DNA of 63,938 nucleotides, counting the filler, from Kipferlia bialata (Eukaryota), in the NCBI GenBank assembly GCA_003568945.1. It is 4 parts of 4 records of this genome, joined end to end, with 100 filler letters (N's around TTAATTAATTAA, not from the genome) between each part and the next. Parts side by side here need not be neighbours in the genome. Positions count along the whole stretch, not along the records: positions 18,722 to 37,323 come from BDIP01000469.1; positions 37,424 to 56,024 come from BDIP01000470.1; 2 more parts are not named here. One strand, written 5' to 3'. Shown here piece after piece: positions 24,365 through 38,187 of the stretch. Position 1 is the first letter of the stretch; every line of letters begins with the position of its first letter. A program made the position numbers and the translations under genes. The notes under the pieces are model-generated. The model searched no databases and was not told where the DNA came from. It was given only the letters and a program-made list of their open reading frames with translations.

Positions 24365-26910
24365 ATGAGCACTGTGATGGCTCAACGTGAACCTAAGCCG
24401 CCCACGAGGCCGTCAGGGGCCGCACAGCCTTCTCCAGCGCCTGAATCGCCCTCCTCTGCACGGATACGGGACATCAGGCGCCGTGGTTACACCAAGCCGC
24501 GGCAGGGCCCCCCACCTGGCCCCCCACCTGGGTATGGGTCCCCCCCTGGGCATGAGGGCGGCCCTATCAGCCCCCTCAGCCCTAACAGTCCAGACTATGG
24601 GCTGAGTGTGTCCAATAGGAGGCATGGATCGCCGCAGGGGTCACCTCCTGGGGGTGTGAGTCATGGGGGCTTCCCTCTGGACCTCAAGGGGCATGGGATG
24701 GGCATGAAGGGGCATGCCATGGTGGGGTCACCCAGAGGGGGGCCGGCATCCACTCCTAGGTATGAATGTATATATATGTATATATGCATAGACCTATACA
24801 TACACATGTAGATAGGTAGATAGCGGTGTGTATATACTAGTTCCAAGAGGGGGGCCGGCATCCACTCCTAGGTATGTAGTGATGTATACATCTTCACTGA
24901 TGCACATGCTCTCTTTCTCCATATTGCACTTTGCATATACCCAGGCATGACTATGTATCTAATGGGGGTGGCCTGCATATGCACACATTCAGATATCCCT
25001 TCAAGACCTAATACCAGGGATGTAGAGTCTCCCAGGGGCTCGTAGTCAGACAGATACTCTTTCACATACCTATATCCATTATATCTGCTGATTCCAGGGA
25101 TGTGGAAAGCCCTAGGGGCTCCTATCTGCTTAGGAAACCAGACCCTAAGAAGAGCAGGGGCAAGGGGAGACCAGTCACAGAGTACATGGAGCCCAGCAGA
25201 CGGCGACGGTGAGTATTATGGGATATATAGTATATATGTATATACATTGGGATATGTCCTATCAGTCACAGTACATGGAGCCTAGCAGACGGCGACGGTG
25301 AGTACCTGAGAGTATATGCCTCCCTCTGTCTCTCTCTCTCCTTCTTGCTTCCTCACCCTTTCTGACTGCTTGGGTGGGGTTTGACTCCCACATACTGATA
25401 TTACCCCCCCCCCTCTCTCTCTATGTATCTATCTGACCTCCCCCCGCCCTCACCCCCTATCTGACTCCTAGTGAGGCCTGACTCCCACAAGACTGATGTT
25501 ATACCTCTCTCTCTCTCTTACGGTCTATGAATCTATCTGACTCTTCCTCTCCCTTTCTGACTCATGGTGTGAGGCCTGGCTTCCACATTCTTATTCTCTC
25601 TTTCTGTCCCTCTCGGTCTATATATCAATCTGACTCTCCCCCTCACCCCTTTCTGACTCTTTAGTGTGAGGCCTGGCTCCCACAGACTCATGATATCCCC
25701 AGTGGCCAGTTACAATGAACCAGTGGTCAAGGTACCATATGGTGCAACTAGAGTATATTTACTTACTGTGGCCATATTCAATATCCGTCCCTCCCCCCTT
25801 CTCTCTTACCCCTCAGGAGGTTGGCCCAGCTGCTCCCTTCTCTCTCTCTCTCTCTCTCTCTCACTCTCTCCCTCCCTCTCTCCCTCTCTCTCTCTCTCTG
25901 TGTGTCTCTAATACCAAGGAGGTTGGCCCAGCTGCCCCCTACAGGGCACAGATTCCATCACTCCAGTCATCACCAGAGAAAGGTATACTCTCTTAGTCTC
26001 TCCAATCTTCCTATAGACTCAGTTCATGTCCAGTTGACTGAGGTTTCTCTCTCTCTATTTATATATCGACATTCCATTTTCTTACTCTATATGTGTCTAT
26101 ACCTGACCACACCAGTCCATCTCTTTGTCTCGCTCTCTCCGTATATATCTCACTCCTCAGTCCCTGGCATGATGGCCCTCAACACCGATCTCTCTCTCTC
26201 TCTTTCTCGCTCTATATATATATAGTAATACCTCCTCACCCCTCAGTCCCTGGCATGATTGCCCTCAACACTGGCATGCTGCCAGCATCAAACTACGGAG
26301 ACAGGTGTGTTAGTATATATATGTGTGTGTGTATGTGTACATTGAGAGTGTTATATAGAGAGTATATGACATACTGGCATACTGTTGGCATCAAACTATG
26401 GACAGGTATGGGTACACAATTATGTTAGAATGCTGTCATGTATACATCAACTTAGAGTAACAACATATTGTTCTAGTCATATATATCCATTCACTATATA
26501 TATACTCACCACAGAGCACATATTGCCTCTGCCAGGGGTAGACTCAACCACACCAAGAGGGGCAGGTCTAGGTCCAATGGACCAGCCAGTGCCAGGCGGA
26601 ACCCTCTCCCAAGACGTGAGTATGAATTATATATATATCACATTATCTCTTTATATATATAATAATTATAGTATACCTATCATATCCTGATAGTGTGTAC
26701 TATTTAGTCTATATATTGGTGGACCAGCCAGTGGCAGACGGAACCCACTCCCAAGACGTGAGTGCATGCATCTCTCTCTCTCTCTCTCTCTGGTCGCTTA
26801 CCTGGTATACATGCATGAGTGTTATACACACTTTCGGTATCTCTCCTTACCCCCAGGCAACAGAAACACCACTGGTGGAGAGGACCCACTCAAGGGACCA
26901 GCCGTTGTAG
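24365..26910 (+). CDS. Pro/Ser/Gly-rich hypothetical protein, multi-exon; may be the 5' part of the next gene
   Basis: ATG 24365 opens a GC-rich first exon ending at a GT donor near 24760, followed by short GT-AG exons to ~26910. Continuity across the poly-C tracts at ~26965-27004 is unclear. Confidence 0.45.
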
Positions 26911-27543
26911 GTATAGACTGTTTGTATACTAAGTGCATACTATTATTGCAGGGGATCTCTCTCTCCCCCCCCCCCCCCCCCTCCTCCCCCCCCCCCCCCC
27001 CCCCTCAACCCGTTCCATAAGATATCAACCTACATATCACTTAGCATTGACTCTTATCTATGTATGTCAGTGTATAGTCGCCTTGTGGTTGTATGTATTG
27101 GTGCTTTACAGTACAGACAGTATATCCTACACGCATTGCCTCCCTCTGTATACGCTTCACCTCTCCTCATCCCTCTTCATGTGTACCCCAGCTACTATAT
27201 GAGCAGGTAATATTCCTCCCTCTTACTCTCTCACTCGCCCTCCCCCACCCCCCCACCGCCATCGCCCACCAACTCCCAACTCTCTCAAATCAGGTTGAAC
27301 ATATTGATTCATTTATGTCTCTTTCCATCATTCTCCCCACATTAGTATACTCTAAGACCCCCATGACTTCTCATGTCTAGGCTCCCCCCCCCCCTTTCCA
27401 CCCTCCCTCTCTCTCCCACTCCCCCTCTTCTTTCCTCTATCTCCGTTTCCTAGCGCCAACATCCATTCCCTCTCTCTTTCTGTCTCTCTATACCCCCTAT
27501 GTCTCACTCTCAGTTTGACCTCCCCACAACCTGCTCCAACATG

Positions 27544-27584
<41 letters not shown>

Positions 27585-27625
27585 ATGTCTCTCTTCTATA
27601 TAGTTCAATGCACACCTTACTATAG

Positions 27626-29218
27626 GCTGACCTCCCCACATCATGCTCCAGCATGTCTGCCACCAAGGAGGGAGACACAGTGCACCTCACAGGTATTGGT
27701 ATATCTGTATGTATAAGTGTGCATATATATGCATATATACATATATTCATATGCAATTATGTGGGTATATACACTACTTAACTCAGGTGTTGTAACCTCT
27801 GGCGACCGTGTAACTAGGTTCTCTCTCACGAAGGGTGCATGGACGCAGGAGGCCCTGCCTTACAAGGTATTATACATATATATACAAAGTGCACATGGTT
27901 TGATGTTAATGTTAATTCAGTATGTTATGTATAATATGAATACTCTTTACGCATATATATATATATATCATATATATATATATATATCATATATGAATAC
28001 TCTTTACGCATATATATATATATATATATCATTATACGCACATATATATATATATCATAATGTATATAATGTATATATATACCCAATATGCCGTTAATGT
28101 ACTTTTGTCTCTATGGGTACATTTCCACATACACGGCTGCCGTATACACGGAGTTCTGAGAGATAGAGCGGTGACATATGTATATTAATTATAAGTAGAC
28201 TTTACTACATTTATTACTATTAAAATTTCTATATTCTTATGCTCTTGAACCCTTTCTTCTCACCTCTAGGCCCCCCACGTGACCTCTCTCTCTCTCTCCA
28301 CTGGCACTCAGATACTGGTAGGAAAGCTAGAGAGAGTGGCTGTGCCTAGCCGGGGAAGGAGAGTTCCAGGTATGGACTAAGACTTGTATTCATATTTATG
28401 TATACGGGATAATATTATTATAGTGAAGGAGAGTTCGCGTTGCTACTGCAGCTCCAGGTATGGACTAAGACTTGTGTTCATATTAACGTATACGTGATAT
28501 TAGAGTGCTTCTTTTTCATCAATGTCCCGAAACGCAACTATCGCTAGTTTTCCATAATATTATTGATACTATTAGTATGGCCCTCGTAGAATCATTCATA
28601 TTGTATTGTATGAATATGCTCTGCCTCATTATTGTTGTTGTGAATATGACACACCTCTCCTGATTTACACCATAGCTGCTGCCGCTGACCAGGGAGCTAC
28701 TGGATTCGGTGCTGCCGCCGCCGCTACAGGTATATACATCTCTCCCTCTCTTATTAGTTAAACCAAGCTGCTCCCGTCGCTACAATACCACTCTCTGTCT
28801 CTGCATCGGACCATCCCTATACTCTTTGTCCCAACCTTACTATATACTGCACTGCTCTATTCTATTTGTATACACTATATCAATTTACTGTGATATACTG
28901 ACAATAGGCTTTGGAGCTGGCGTGCTCTCTCTCTCTCACACACATATTCTATCTATACATATATTTATTGTCTTCCTCAGCCTCTAACTATAGGCTTTGG
29001 AGCTGCCGCTGCCAAGCCCGGGGCCCCAGGTACGTGGATTGGTGTATATAGATAGAAATAGTATACCGACAGATAGATAGTTCGCGCTATCCCCCTACAT
29101 TACACGTTGTGTTTACAGCATCCCATACCTGATGTACTATCACACACCTTACCAATTAGCTGCCCCCGGTGCAAGAGGATTCGGAGGATTCGGTGCTGCC
29201 GGAACAGGTACACCTCAT

Positions 29219-29250
<32 letters not shown>

Positions 29251-29410
29251 GGACCGAGACTCGGTAGCTAAGTAGGACACCTCTGACTCCTGATTAACAC
29301 TTTAGCTGCTGCCCCTGCCCCTGCCCCTGCCCCTGCCCCTGCCGGTGCGTTCGGTGGTTTCGGTGCCGCCCCAGCTGCTGCTGCTCCTGCAGGTATCTCT
29401 CCCTCTCTCC

Positions 29411-29442
<32 letters not shown>

Positions 29443-29993
29443 TATTATTATTATATACATTCTATCATCTTCTATCATTCATGTTTTGATCATGTTCTTA
29501 TGGTTGTGTTTTACTCAATTAGTGTCCCTCATGTAAAGCTGCTGCTCCTGCGTTTGGAGCTGCCCCAGCTGCCGCTGCTCCAGGTATCATTATCTCTCTC
29601 TCTCTCTCTTAAGTGATGTATTCTCTCTGACATCAGTAGTTCTATAGTATCTATCATTAACGCTTGACACTATATCCTTCAGTGAGTAATACTATATTGG
29701 TTTCGTTCAAGTGCACATTCCTCATCCATGTCTTCTGTCGTTTCTCTTTTCTCTCACCTCACGGGGGCCCAACCTACCGTTACTGCTGCATGTATCTCAG
29801 TGAATCATTACTTCTGTCGTATGTACTATATCTCTCACTTTCAGCCTGGGGCGCCAAGCCTGCCGCTACTCCTAATGCTGCTCCAGCTACAACAGGTATA
29901 TTATTCTAGTCTACACATCCCTCGTATTGTAATATCTTGTGTGTAGTATTACACTGCTTAATCGAAGTTGTACATCGTAACCATAGTTGTATG

Positions 29994-30029
<36 letters not shown>

Positions 30030-33000
30030 ACTGTAATTTTATCCTCACTCTCAGGTTTTGGTGCCGCTGCTGCACCAGCTGCCACAGGTGCATTCCATTA
30101 CTATATCAATTAGTCAATATATACTATACTGGTTTCGTTCGAGAACACGTTTCTTCACCACGTCTTTTGTCTTACTATCTTCTCTTATCTCAGTCAGGGG
30201 TGCCAAACCAGCCGCTCCCGCTGCTCCAGGTATACTTTATACAAGAGCAGTACTAACTGGAGAGCTAGAATAACATTGTAAGCTATTTCACTAGTATATT
30301 GAGTCTTCTTCCAATCTGTTTGAGACTCAGAGCTTTACTACATAATCCTTCCTGAGTTGTTGTAATTACCTATCATTAGTCATATGCAATGATTGGTATA
30401 TACACAATGATCCTCACCCTCAGCTTGGGGTGCCGTAGCACCAGCTCCAGCTGCCACAGGTATACTATATCACTATATACATACAACCTCTTTCCAGCTA
30501 TATACGTCTCCACTATTCTGCCGCGTTGTTGACGGGATACCATATCATTACGCGATACCACATCATTACGCGATACCATATCATTACCGTATGTGAGTAT
30601 GTGCGTGTATAAATCTTACTCTCAGCTTGGGGTGCCAAACCTGCCGCTCCCGCTGCTCCAGCTACCACCGGTATACTATTATACTCTACACATATATCGT
30701 ATTGTAATATTTTGCGTCCGGTTTTTAACCGCTTAGTCGAAGTCGTCCCATAGTTGTATATGTATGCGTGCTCTTATTATCCTCACTCTCAGGTTTTGGT
30801 GCCGCTGCCGCAGCACCAGCTCCAGCTACCTCAGGTACCCTTATTCACTATACACAGCGTCCAGACCAATATAGATTTCCTCGTTTCCGAAGTAACATAT
30901 TATCACATTAGCATGTGAAGTGTGTGTTGTTAGAGTATACATACATGATTCTCACTGTTAGCATGGGGCGCCAAGCCTGCCCCTTGGGCTCCCGCTTCTC
31001 CTTTCGCCAATACAGGTAAGCTCTTGACATACCTGCACGTATACTAATGGCTCTCGGTCATTCAATGTCTCAATCACTATCGTTGATTGAGCCAAATGGT
31101 ATTAGCTTCCGACTATTCTGAGGACAATTTTTGCAGCCCGCATACTATGATTTGTTGCTCCTGTGCACACTCCCTCAATACCATTACTAGCCAGCTTCTG
31201 ATATACCGTCGGCTGACTATAGATATCAATGAGTCTCTCTTACTCACAAGATGTATATCAGTCTAATCCTAAATCCATACATCCATACTTCCTACTAAGA
31301 CTGTCTAAGTATACGTATTTCTTTTACGTTTGACTATGATTCATTGTATGTGAATGACTCTAAGGGTTTGGTGCAGCCATAGCGGCACCTGCACCTGCCT
31401 ATATTATTGACTGAAGTATGTGTATATGGTAGTATACATAGTATACCTCACCATCAGCTTGGGGCGCCAAGCCTGCGGTTGCTGCAGCTCCAGCTACCTC
31501 AGGTACACTATATCACTCTTCACAGCATCCAGACCAATATTCATTTTCCTCCTTTCCGACTTAACGTATTATCATATTTAGCATGAAGTGTATTATATTT
31601 GAATATACATGCATGATTCTCACTGTTAGCATGGGGCGTCAAGCCTGCCGCTTCTCCTAAAGCTGCTCCAGCTACCACAGGTATAGTACTCTACTCGACA
31701 CATCCTTCTAATTGTAATATTGTATGTGCAGTATTCTAGCGCTTAGTCGAAGTCCATATGAAGTATATATCAATGTGTCTCTATTACTCACAATGTGTAA
31801 AGCGATCTACTCCTAAATACATACATACGCTACCAACTAAGAAAACATACTTCTCTTACTTACGAATGACAATGAATGTGACTGTATTTGACTCCAAGGG
31901 TTTGGTGCAGCCATAGCGGCACCTGCACCATCCTCTACTAAGAAGGACACATACACCGACACCACAGAGGATGCCAGTGAGGCAGAGAGTGACACGCCAG
32001 TGGAGGACTCAGGTACCTATATCTTCATATACTATATGTACTACACTTCTACTTCCTATGTAGTGTGTCAGTATCAGTATTATCATTATAGTTTCTCATC
32101 CCACAGGTGACGAGTCGGGCAAGGAACCAGCCGCCTTCAACTTCGGAGGTATAAGTCATCAATATGATCTCTATAATCTATCCATATATCCAACATGTAC
32201 ATTGGGCGTGATTCTCTTCAACTTCACAGGTGCACCTCTCGGATACTTTTACATGTTTGACCTTGATAGTGGGACGTATAAAGGTTGATTCTCTCTCATT
32301 TTTACTCAGAATAGGTTTCAAAGTGACTGGGGAGAGTGTGCTGGTACTACCTGCAGGCAAGAAGGCATGGACACCAACCAGGTAACGTGTGTCTATATGT
32401 GTGTCCCCATACAAATAGCATCTGTACAAATAGTTATATCCATTCTCTCATTTCAAGGCGCCTCCCTGTCCACGTTGGCCCTGCCTCCTCATGTCTTCTG
32501 AACCCATACACGTTCATAGTGGTAGGTATCCAACGTACATATATATACCAGGCATATATACTCTAACTCCTCCAAACATATATAACGTAGAGACTACCAT
32601 ATTTGAGCACAATTGTATATATCACACAATCGGCCATATCCATACTGAATGTATGATTACTTTGATATACACACACATCTATACTATCGACCTCTAGGCA
32701 CCGACCACACTGTTATGGGTATATCCACTAAGGAGAGACAGAGAGTGCAGGCAGTCAAGGCAGCAGCGGTGGCAGAGAGAGAGAGAGACGAGCTGCTCTC
32801 CCTCTTCAAGGACCTGGCACCTTCAGCTGACATCCCCTCTCTCTCCCCTGGGTTGCCATGGATAGCACCGGTCAAGGCAGCTCTATCAGAGGTAAATTGT
32901 GAACAAATAGAGATTATCCTTGCAGTGAGTTAATTTCACATCTCTCAAGAATACTCTGACCCCAAGGTTGCCATTCTCAAGGCGGCTAGTGGTCCCTGCC

Positions 33001-35968
33001 CTGAGTTTCTGTCCTTCACTCCCTCTGACTCCGTTGCCCTGCAGTCTCTGATAGAGGAGGCAGAGGCATTTGACATGGCATCACTCGAGCCCCACATTGA
33101 GAGACTATCCAGGTAGATATACATATATACGTACATATACATGCTTGTGTTGATGAGTGACGATGGTGAGGCATTTGACATGGCATCACTCGAGCCCCAC
33201 ATCGAGCGTCTGTCCAGGTAAAGAGTCTATATGTAGACATACACGTTTGTATATGCATCTATTGGAGTTGGTATACCCACACCTAATGCCCTTTGTGACT
33301 AAGTGGCGAAAGAAGCAATATGCTGGTGATGTCAGGTATCTACCCGTGGCAAAGAGGTTCGCCCCTAGGCTAGAGGCCCTCTCGAAGTTCCTAAAGGAGC
33401 ACCCGGAGAGTGAGGTATATCTGACATAGTTAGTATATATATATATATATTTATGTCATTTTGTGCGACTACGAGTGTCCGTGTGTGGCTATGTGGCCAT
33501 AAGAACCTTAAAAACTGGCATGTATCTTGTGATGGTGCTTCCAGTCCACTGACTCTCTCTCCCCCTCTAAAGATGTATGTATATTTCATTTGTGTCTGCA
33601 TTCATGTCTCTCACATCACCTTGTCTCTGGTGACGGTGAGTCTCTCTCTTTCTCTCTCTCTCTCTCCCTATTAATGTATATAGTCTATTATCTATCCTCA
33701 GCTTGTCTCTGGTGACTGTGAGTCTCTACTTCTTACCACTATCTATTTACATATATATTAGTAGTAATTGTATAAACATTCATGTATCTCACTCCAGCTT
33801 GTCTCAGGTGACTGTAAGTCTCTTCTGGAGACACTCACAGACCAGTTCAGTGCATTCAAGGTATGGTGCATTTGCAAAGGACCAATATATGGATAGTTTG
33901 TGTTGATGTGGCGCGTACTGTCTTCATATATGTGATGTACTCACAGGTCAGTTCAGTGCATTCAAGGTATGGTGCAATTATGATAACTATTCATTAGTAT
34001 ATATTTGTCAGAGGTAATTGTGACATCGTGCAATATACACTATATTAACAATTATATGAATTCTTAGACTTACCCATCAGGCCGACCTTGAGACTGTCAC
34101 CGGTCTGGACTTTGACCCCCAAGAATCACTCGAAAAGATGCACTCTGCTGCTAAGCTACTCGACTCAATCAGTAGGTATAGAACTATGCGTATTCTTGTA
34201 TGTACTATCTATCTATCTATCTATTTTCCTATATTTCAGAGGTATGAGAGGACTGTGTGCATACATATATACTCAGATTGTGGTGTGTATAACCATGTAC
34301 TGATATTTCTGATGTATACGTATGTCCATATGGAGAGTTCACTTATGACTTAGGACCCGTGTCATCCCCCTCCCCCAGAACACACTGGCCCTGACCCTGG
34401 CCCACCAGAGAATGTACTTCCAGGTATAGAACACAGTAGTATTCAGGATGTTTACGTGAGAATGACTTCTCGGAGACAACTCCCAGGTATTGTGTGTATC
34501 ACTATAGAGGACACAGTAAAACCTTTGCAATATACACACAACTGGTCTCATGCAGTTTTTACTATCAGTTTCACAGTCCGGTACAAGTAGTCTAACTCAG
34601 GTCAAGGGATTCAACGGCGGCGTTGCGACACTGTTCGGAGTGGCTGGACCAGTCATAGACAGCCAGGTATGGCGTACATTTATATACATATATGGTTATA
34701 CATATATGGGTATGGAGTATCACATATGTATATATCTCACACTCAGCCTGACAGTGAGGCATGTGTGTACATGCACATACATTTGTGGATATTTAGTATC
34801 ATGTATGCATATATATATATCATCGCAGCCTGCCATTGAGGTTCCTGAGTAGTATTCTGTCACTCATTCATATATACGTATGTGGTAGTAAAGTCTACAG
34901 TACATATATATCTCTCTAACCCTCAGCCGGCCATTGCGGCATGCATGCAAGGACTGGAGGGTGTGATGACACCTGACACACAGGAGTGTGACTGGGTAAC
35001 TGAGCAGGCAGAAAAGGTATATAGAATATTTAACTAATTTCATATCCAATTATTCATATTCAGCAGGCAGAGAAGGTATATAGTATACATATCTCTACCT
35101 AATATCTACCTATTCCATTATACTAGTATATTAGTGTATTTATATAGACTCAGGGTGACTGAGCAGGCAGAGAAGGTGTGTGTACATGTGTTGATACATG
35201 ATATTGTTCATATATGAATAGAGCTCTGCTGGACTCATAAGTTTCCAATGTCTAACCGATGTATGATATTTCTTATGTGTCTAATCCCAGCTCCTGGAGG
35301 CCCTTGCCCTTCTGGCACCCAGGCAGGCTGAGGCCAGGACACTGCTCGCTGAGGTATTCATGGTAGTGATATCATCGCTATAGTACCTTTCTCAATAATA
35401 TATGTACTATTACCATACAGCAAAACGCTTAGTGTACTGTAATGCCATACACAGGCATCGGCACACTGTTGGAGTTCACAGTACAATGTGATATCTCCCT
35501 CCTAACTCCAGTGCTGTGTCATCAAGAATGTATCCGAGGATGGGGACATTGAGATCTAGATGCCTATATAATATGTGTATATATAGTGTACAACCCCCTA
35601 CTAACTCTAGTTCACTGCCATCAACACAGTGCCCGAGGATGGCGACATTGAGTATGCAGCATATGAGGTGACACGGGTGGAGACACTGCTCAAGAACCCA
35701 AGGTAGAATCATATATTACATTGGTCATATGTCAATCTCTCACCCTTAGACAGTCTGCCGAGGCCCATCTCAGGCCCATCTCTCTGAATCACTGCTTGGA
35801 ATTCAAGTATCCTTAGCAGAATAGCATATAGTATAGTGTATATGTACAATGTATCTCACAGACAGGCTGTCCGCCCAGCAGAAGGCCCTTCTGTCTGATG
35901 AGCTGTTGGTCAACAGGCAGGCACTGCTGGACATGGAGAGAAGTCAGGTATACGGATGTGTCTCTATG

Positions 35969-36003
<35 letters not shown>

Positions 36004-36848
36004 CTCCCTGTGTATATATTGAGTTGTTGGTCAACACACAGGCACTGCTCGATATGGAGAGAAGCCAGGTATATGCATGCATATATGTCTATATATATGT
36101 CAGCAATGTTATGTTGGTTTATGTCCTTGACTGCCAGGCTGACTTCACCCAGTACTATATGTATAGTGTCACATGTACCAGGACTCGTGTGTAGATATAT
36201 ATGCATGGGATCTATCTATATGTATTCATATATGATCCTGTATGATATATACACTGGCGTCTCACTGCCAGGCTGACTTCACCCGTCTCAGTGAGAAGCT
36301 GACACCCTTCAGGGAGTTCCCTGAGGTATTGGTGTTCTAAGAGCCCTCATATACATGCAAGTTACCTTTATATACTCATATGGCTGTGTACTACCACAGG
36401 TAGTGACAGCTATTCACAAGACAGAGCATACTATCACTATTGTATATATAGACAATTAACTCACTCGCATATGACTGTATTCTAACCACAGGTTGTGACA
36501 GCACTTGACAAGACAGACACTATCTGTATACAATCATTACTGCATACTTTAAATATACACTCGCTTATGACTGTATTCTAACCACAGGTTGTAGCAGCAC
36601 TTGACAAGACAGAGCCTGAGACAGAGGGTGACGCAGTGGTGACACCTGAGCAGGTCAACGGCATGACAGGTAAATAGTTATATTTGGCCTTAACTCATAC
36701 TTGTGAGGAGTCAAGTCTATAATAATCATAAATGTGCATAACATAGTTTCTTGTATTATTCGACCATAGTAGAAGTACTAGGAATAGTGTTGCTGACGAT
36801 AGGCATGATGGTGAAGGGAGAGAGGACTCCAGAGGCAGAGATATGTGA
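27626..36848 (+). CDS. Multi-exon protein with beta-rich segment, FG/WG-Ala/Pro repeat array and helical C-terminal region (FG-nucleoporin-like)
   Basis: About 15 phase-1 micro-exons at 28676-32148 encode GFGAAA/AWGAKPAA repeats. Downstream exons encode predicted helical sequence (ERERDELLSLFKDL..., LQSLIEEAEAFD..., LLEALALLAPRQAEARTLLAE). Both ends are approximate. Confidence 0.55.
30536..30588. repeat. 18-bp tandem repeat x~3 (GATACCAYATCATTACGC), intronic
   Basis: Read directly. Confidence 0.85.
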
Positions 36849-37144
36849 AGTTGCTTGAATGCCTGAAGATGTATGATCCTGGGTTGTGGTACCAATAGAG
36901 AGAGATATTCTGGACCTGGATAGATCCATGCAAGAGTCCATAGGATCATCACACTTTTTCATATTTACGATCGCTTCAAGTCACACAAGAAAAACAATCA
37001 ACCCGTCTGGTCTATTCACTCCCGGCACGATAAATATATATGTAACAGTGAGTATATCAACTCACACACACAATGTTGGGTGTAAAGAAACAAAACAGGG
37101 ACCCAACACAACTGACACAAACACCTCTCTCTCTCTCTCTCTCT

Positions 37145-37323
37145 CTAGTAGAATGATGGCTTGACCTGGTAGGGCTTCTTGGCACTCTTCTTGGCAGCAC
37201 CCTGGTGGTGAGAACAAAAATGAAATAACTATGCATCTTCTACAAACACATATATGTATAGAGTAGATACCTTCTTCTTGCCCTTCTTGTTCTTGGGCCT
37301 GACAAAGTACTGGACAGCATATA
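37145..37323 (-). CDS. 3' end (last two exons) of a gene with a Lys-rich C-terminus, truncated by contig end
   Basis: YAVQYFVRPKNKKGKKK / GAAKKSAKKPYQVKPSFY* with a GT-AG intron between them. Confidence 0.55.
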
Positions 37324-37423
37324 NNNNNNNNNNNNNNNNNNNNNNNNNNNNNNNNNNNNNNNNNNNNTTAATTAATTAANNNNNNNNNNNNNNNNNNNNN
37401 NNNNNNNNNNNNNNNNNNNNNNN
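37324..37423. other. Artificial contig spacer
   Basis: N44-TTAATTAATTAA-N44. Confidence 0.97.
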
Positions 37424-37469
<46 letters not shown>

Positions 37470-37494
37470 GAGAGAGACTATAATAAGATATAGC

Positions 37495-38135
37495 CTGGCC
37501 TGAGGGTGAGAAGGAGAGATACAGAGAGGGAGACTATATATGGAGCACTTCACCACTACATGTCATACTCTATAACCAAAGTATAAATAATACCACTACA
37601 ACTACTATTAACAATACTGGATATGTATATACCTGTCCTTCTTCCAGCCCTCCACACTGGAGCAGTACACCACTACATGGTACACTTACACCATTAGTAA
37701 TATACTAAAACACCTATATATATATATATATATGTATATACCTATCCTTCTTCCACCCCTCCACACTGGAGCAGTACACCACTGCAGCAGTGAATCTCAG
37801 GGACCTTCCACCCATGAAGACCTGGGGTAAGGATGAATAATATGGCAATATATATATATATATATACTTATATATGAGAAGTGCCCCCCATGAAGACCTG
37901 GTATCAGCGTGAAAACTAAGGCAACACTAAAGGCACAATCTATTTACACCACAACCTGAGCTACATCTTCAACTCCATACTTGGCTGTGGCATCAACTAT
38001 ACCCCATATATATATATATAGCAGTATATATATAGAAGTACCTGGGCAACGTCTTCCACCCCATACTTGGCAGTGGCATCTGCTGTGGAGAAGGGGGTCA
38101 GCACCACGGGCTGTGCCTAGACATTAGAATATATG

Positions 38136-38187
<52 letters not shown>

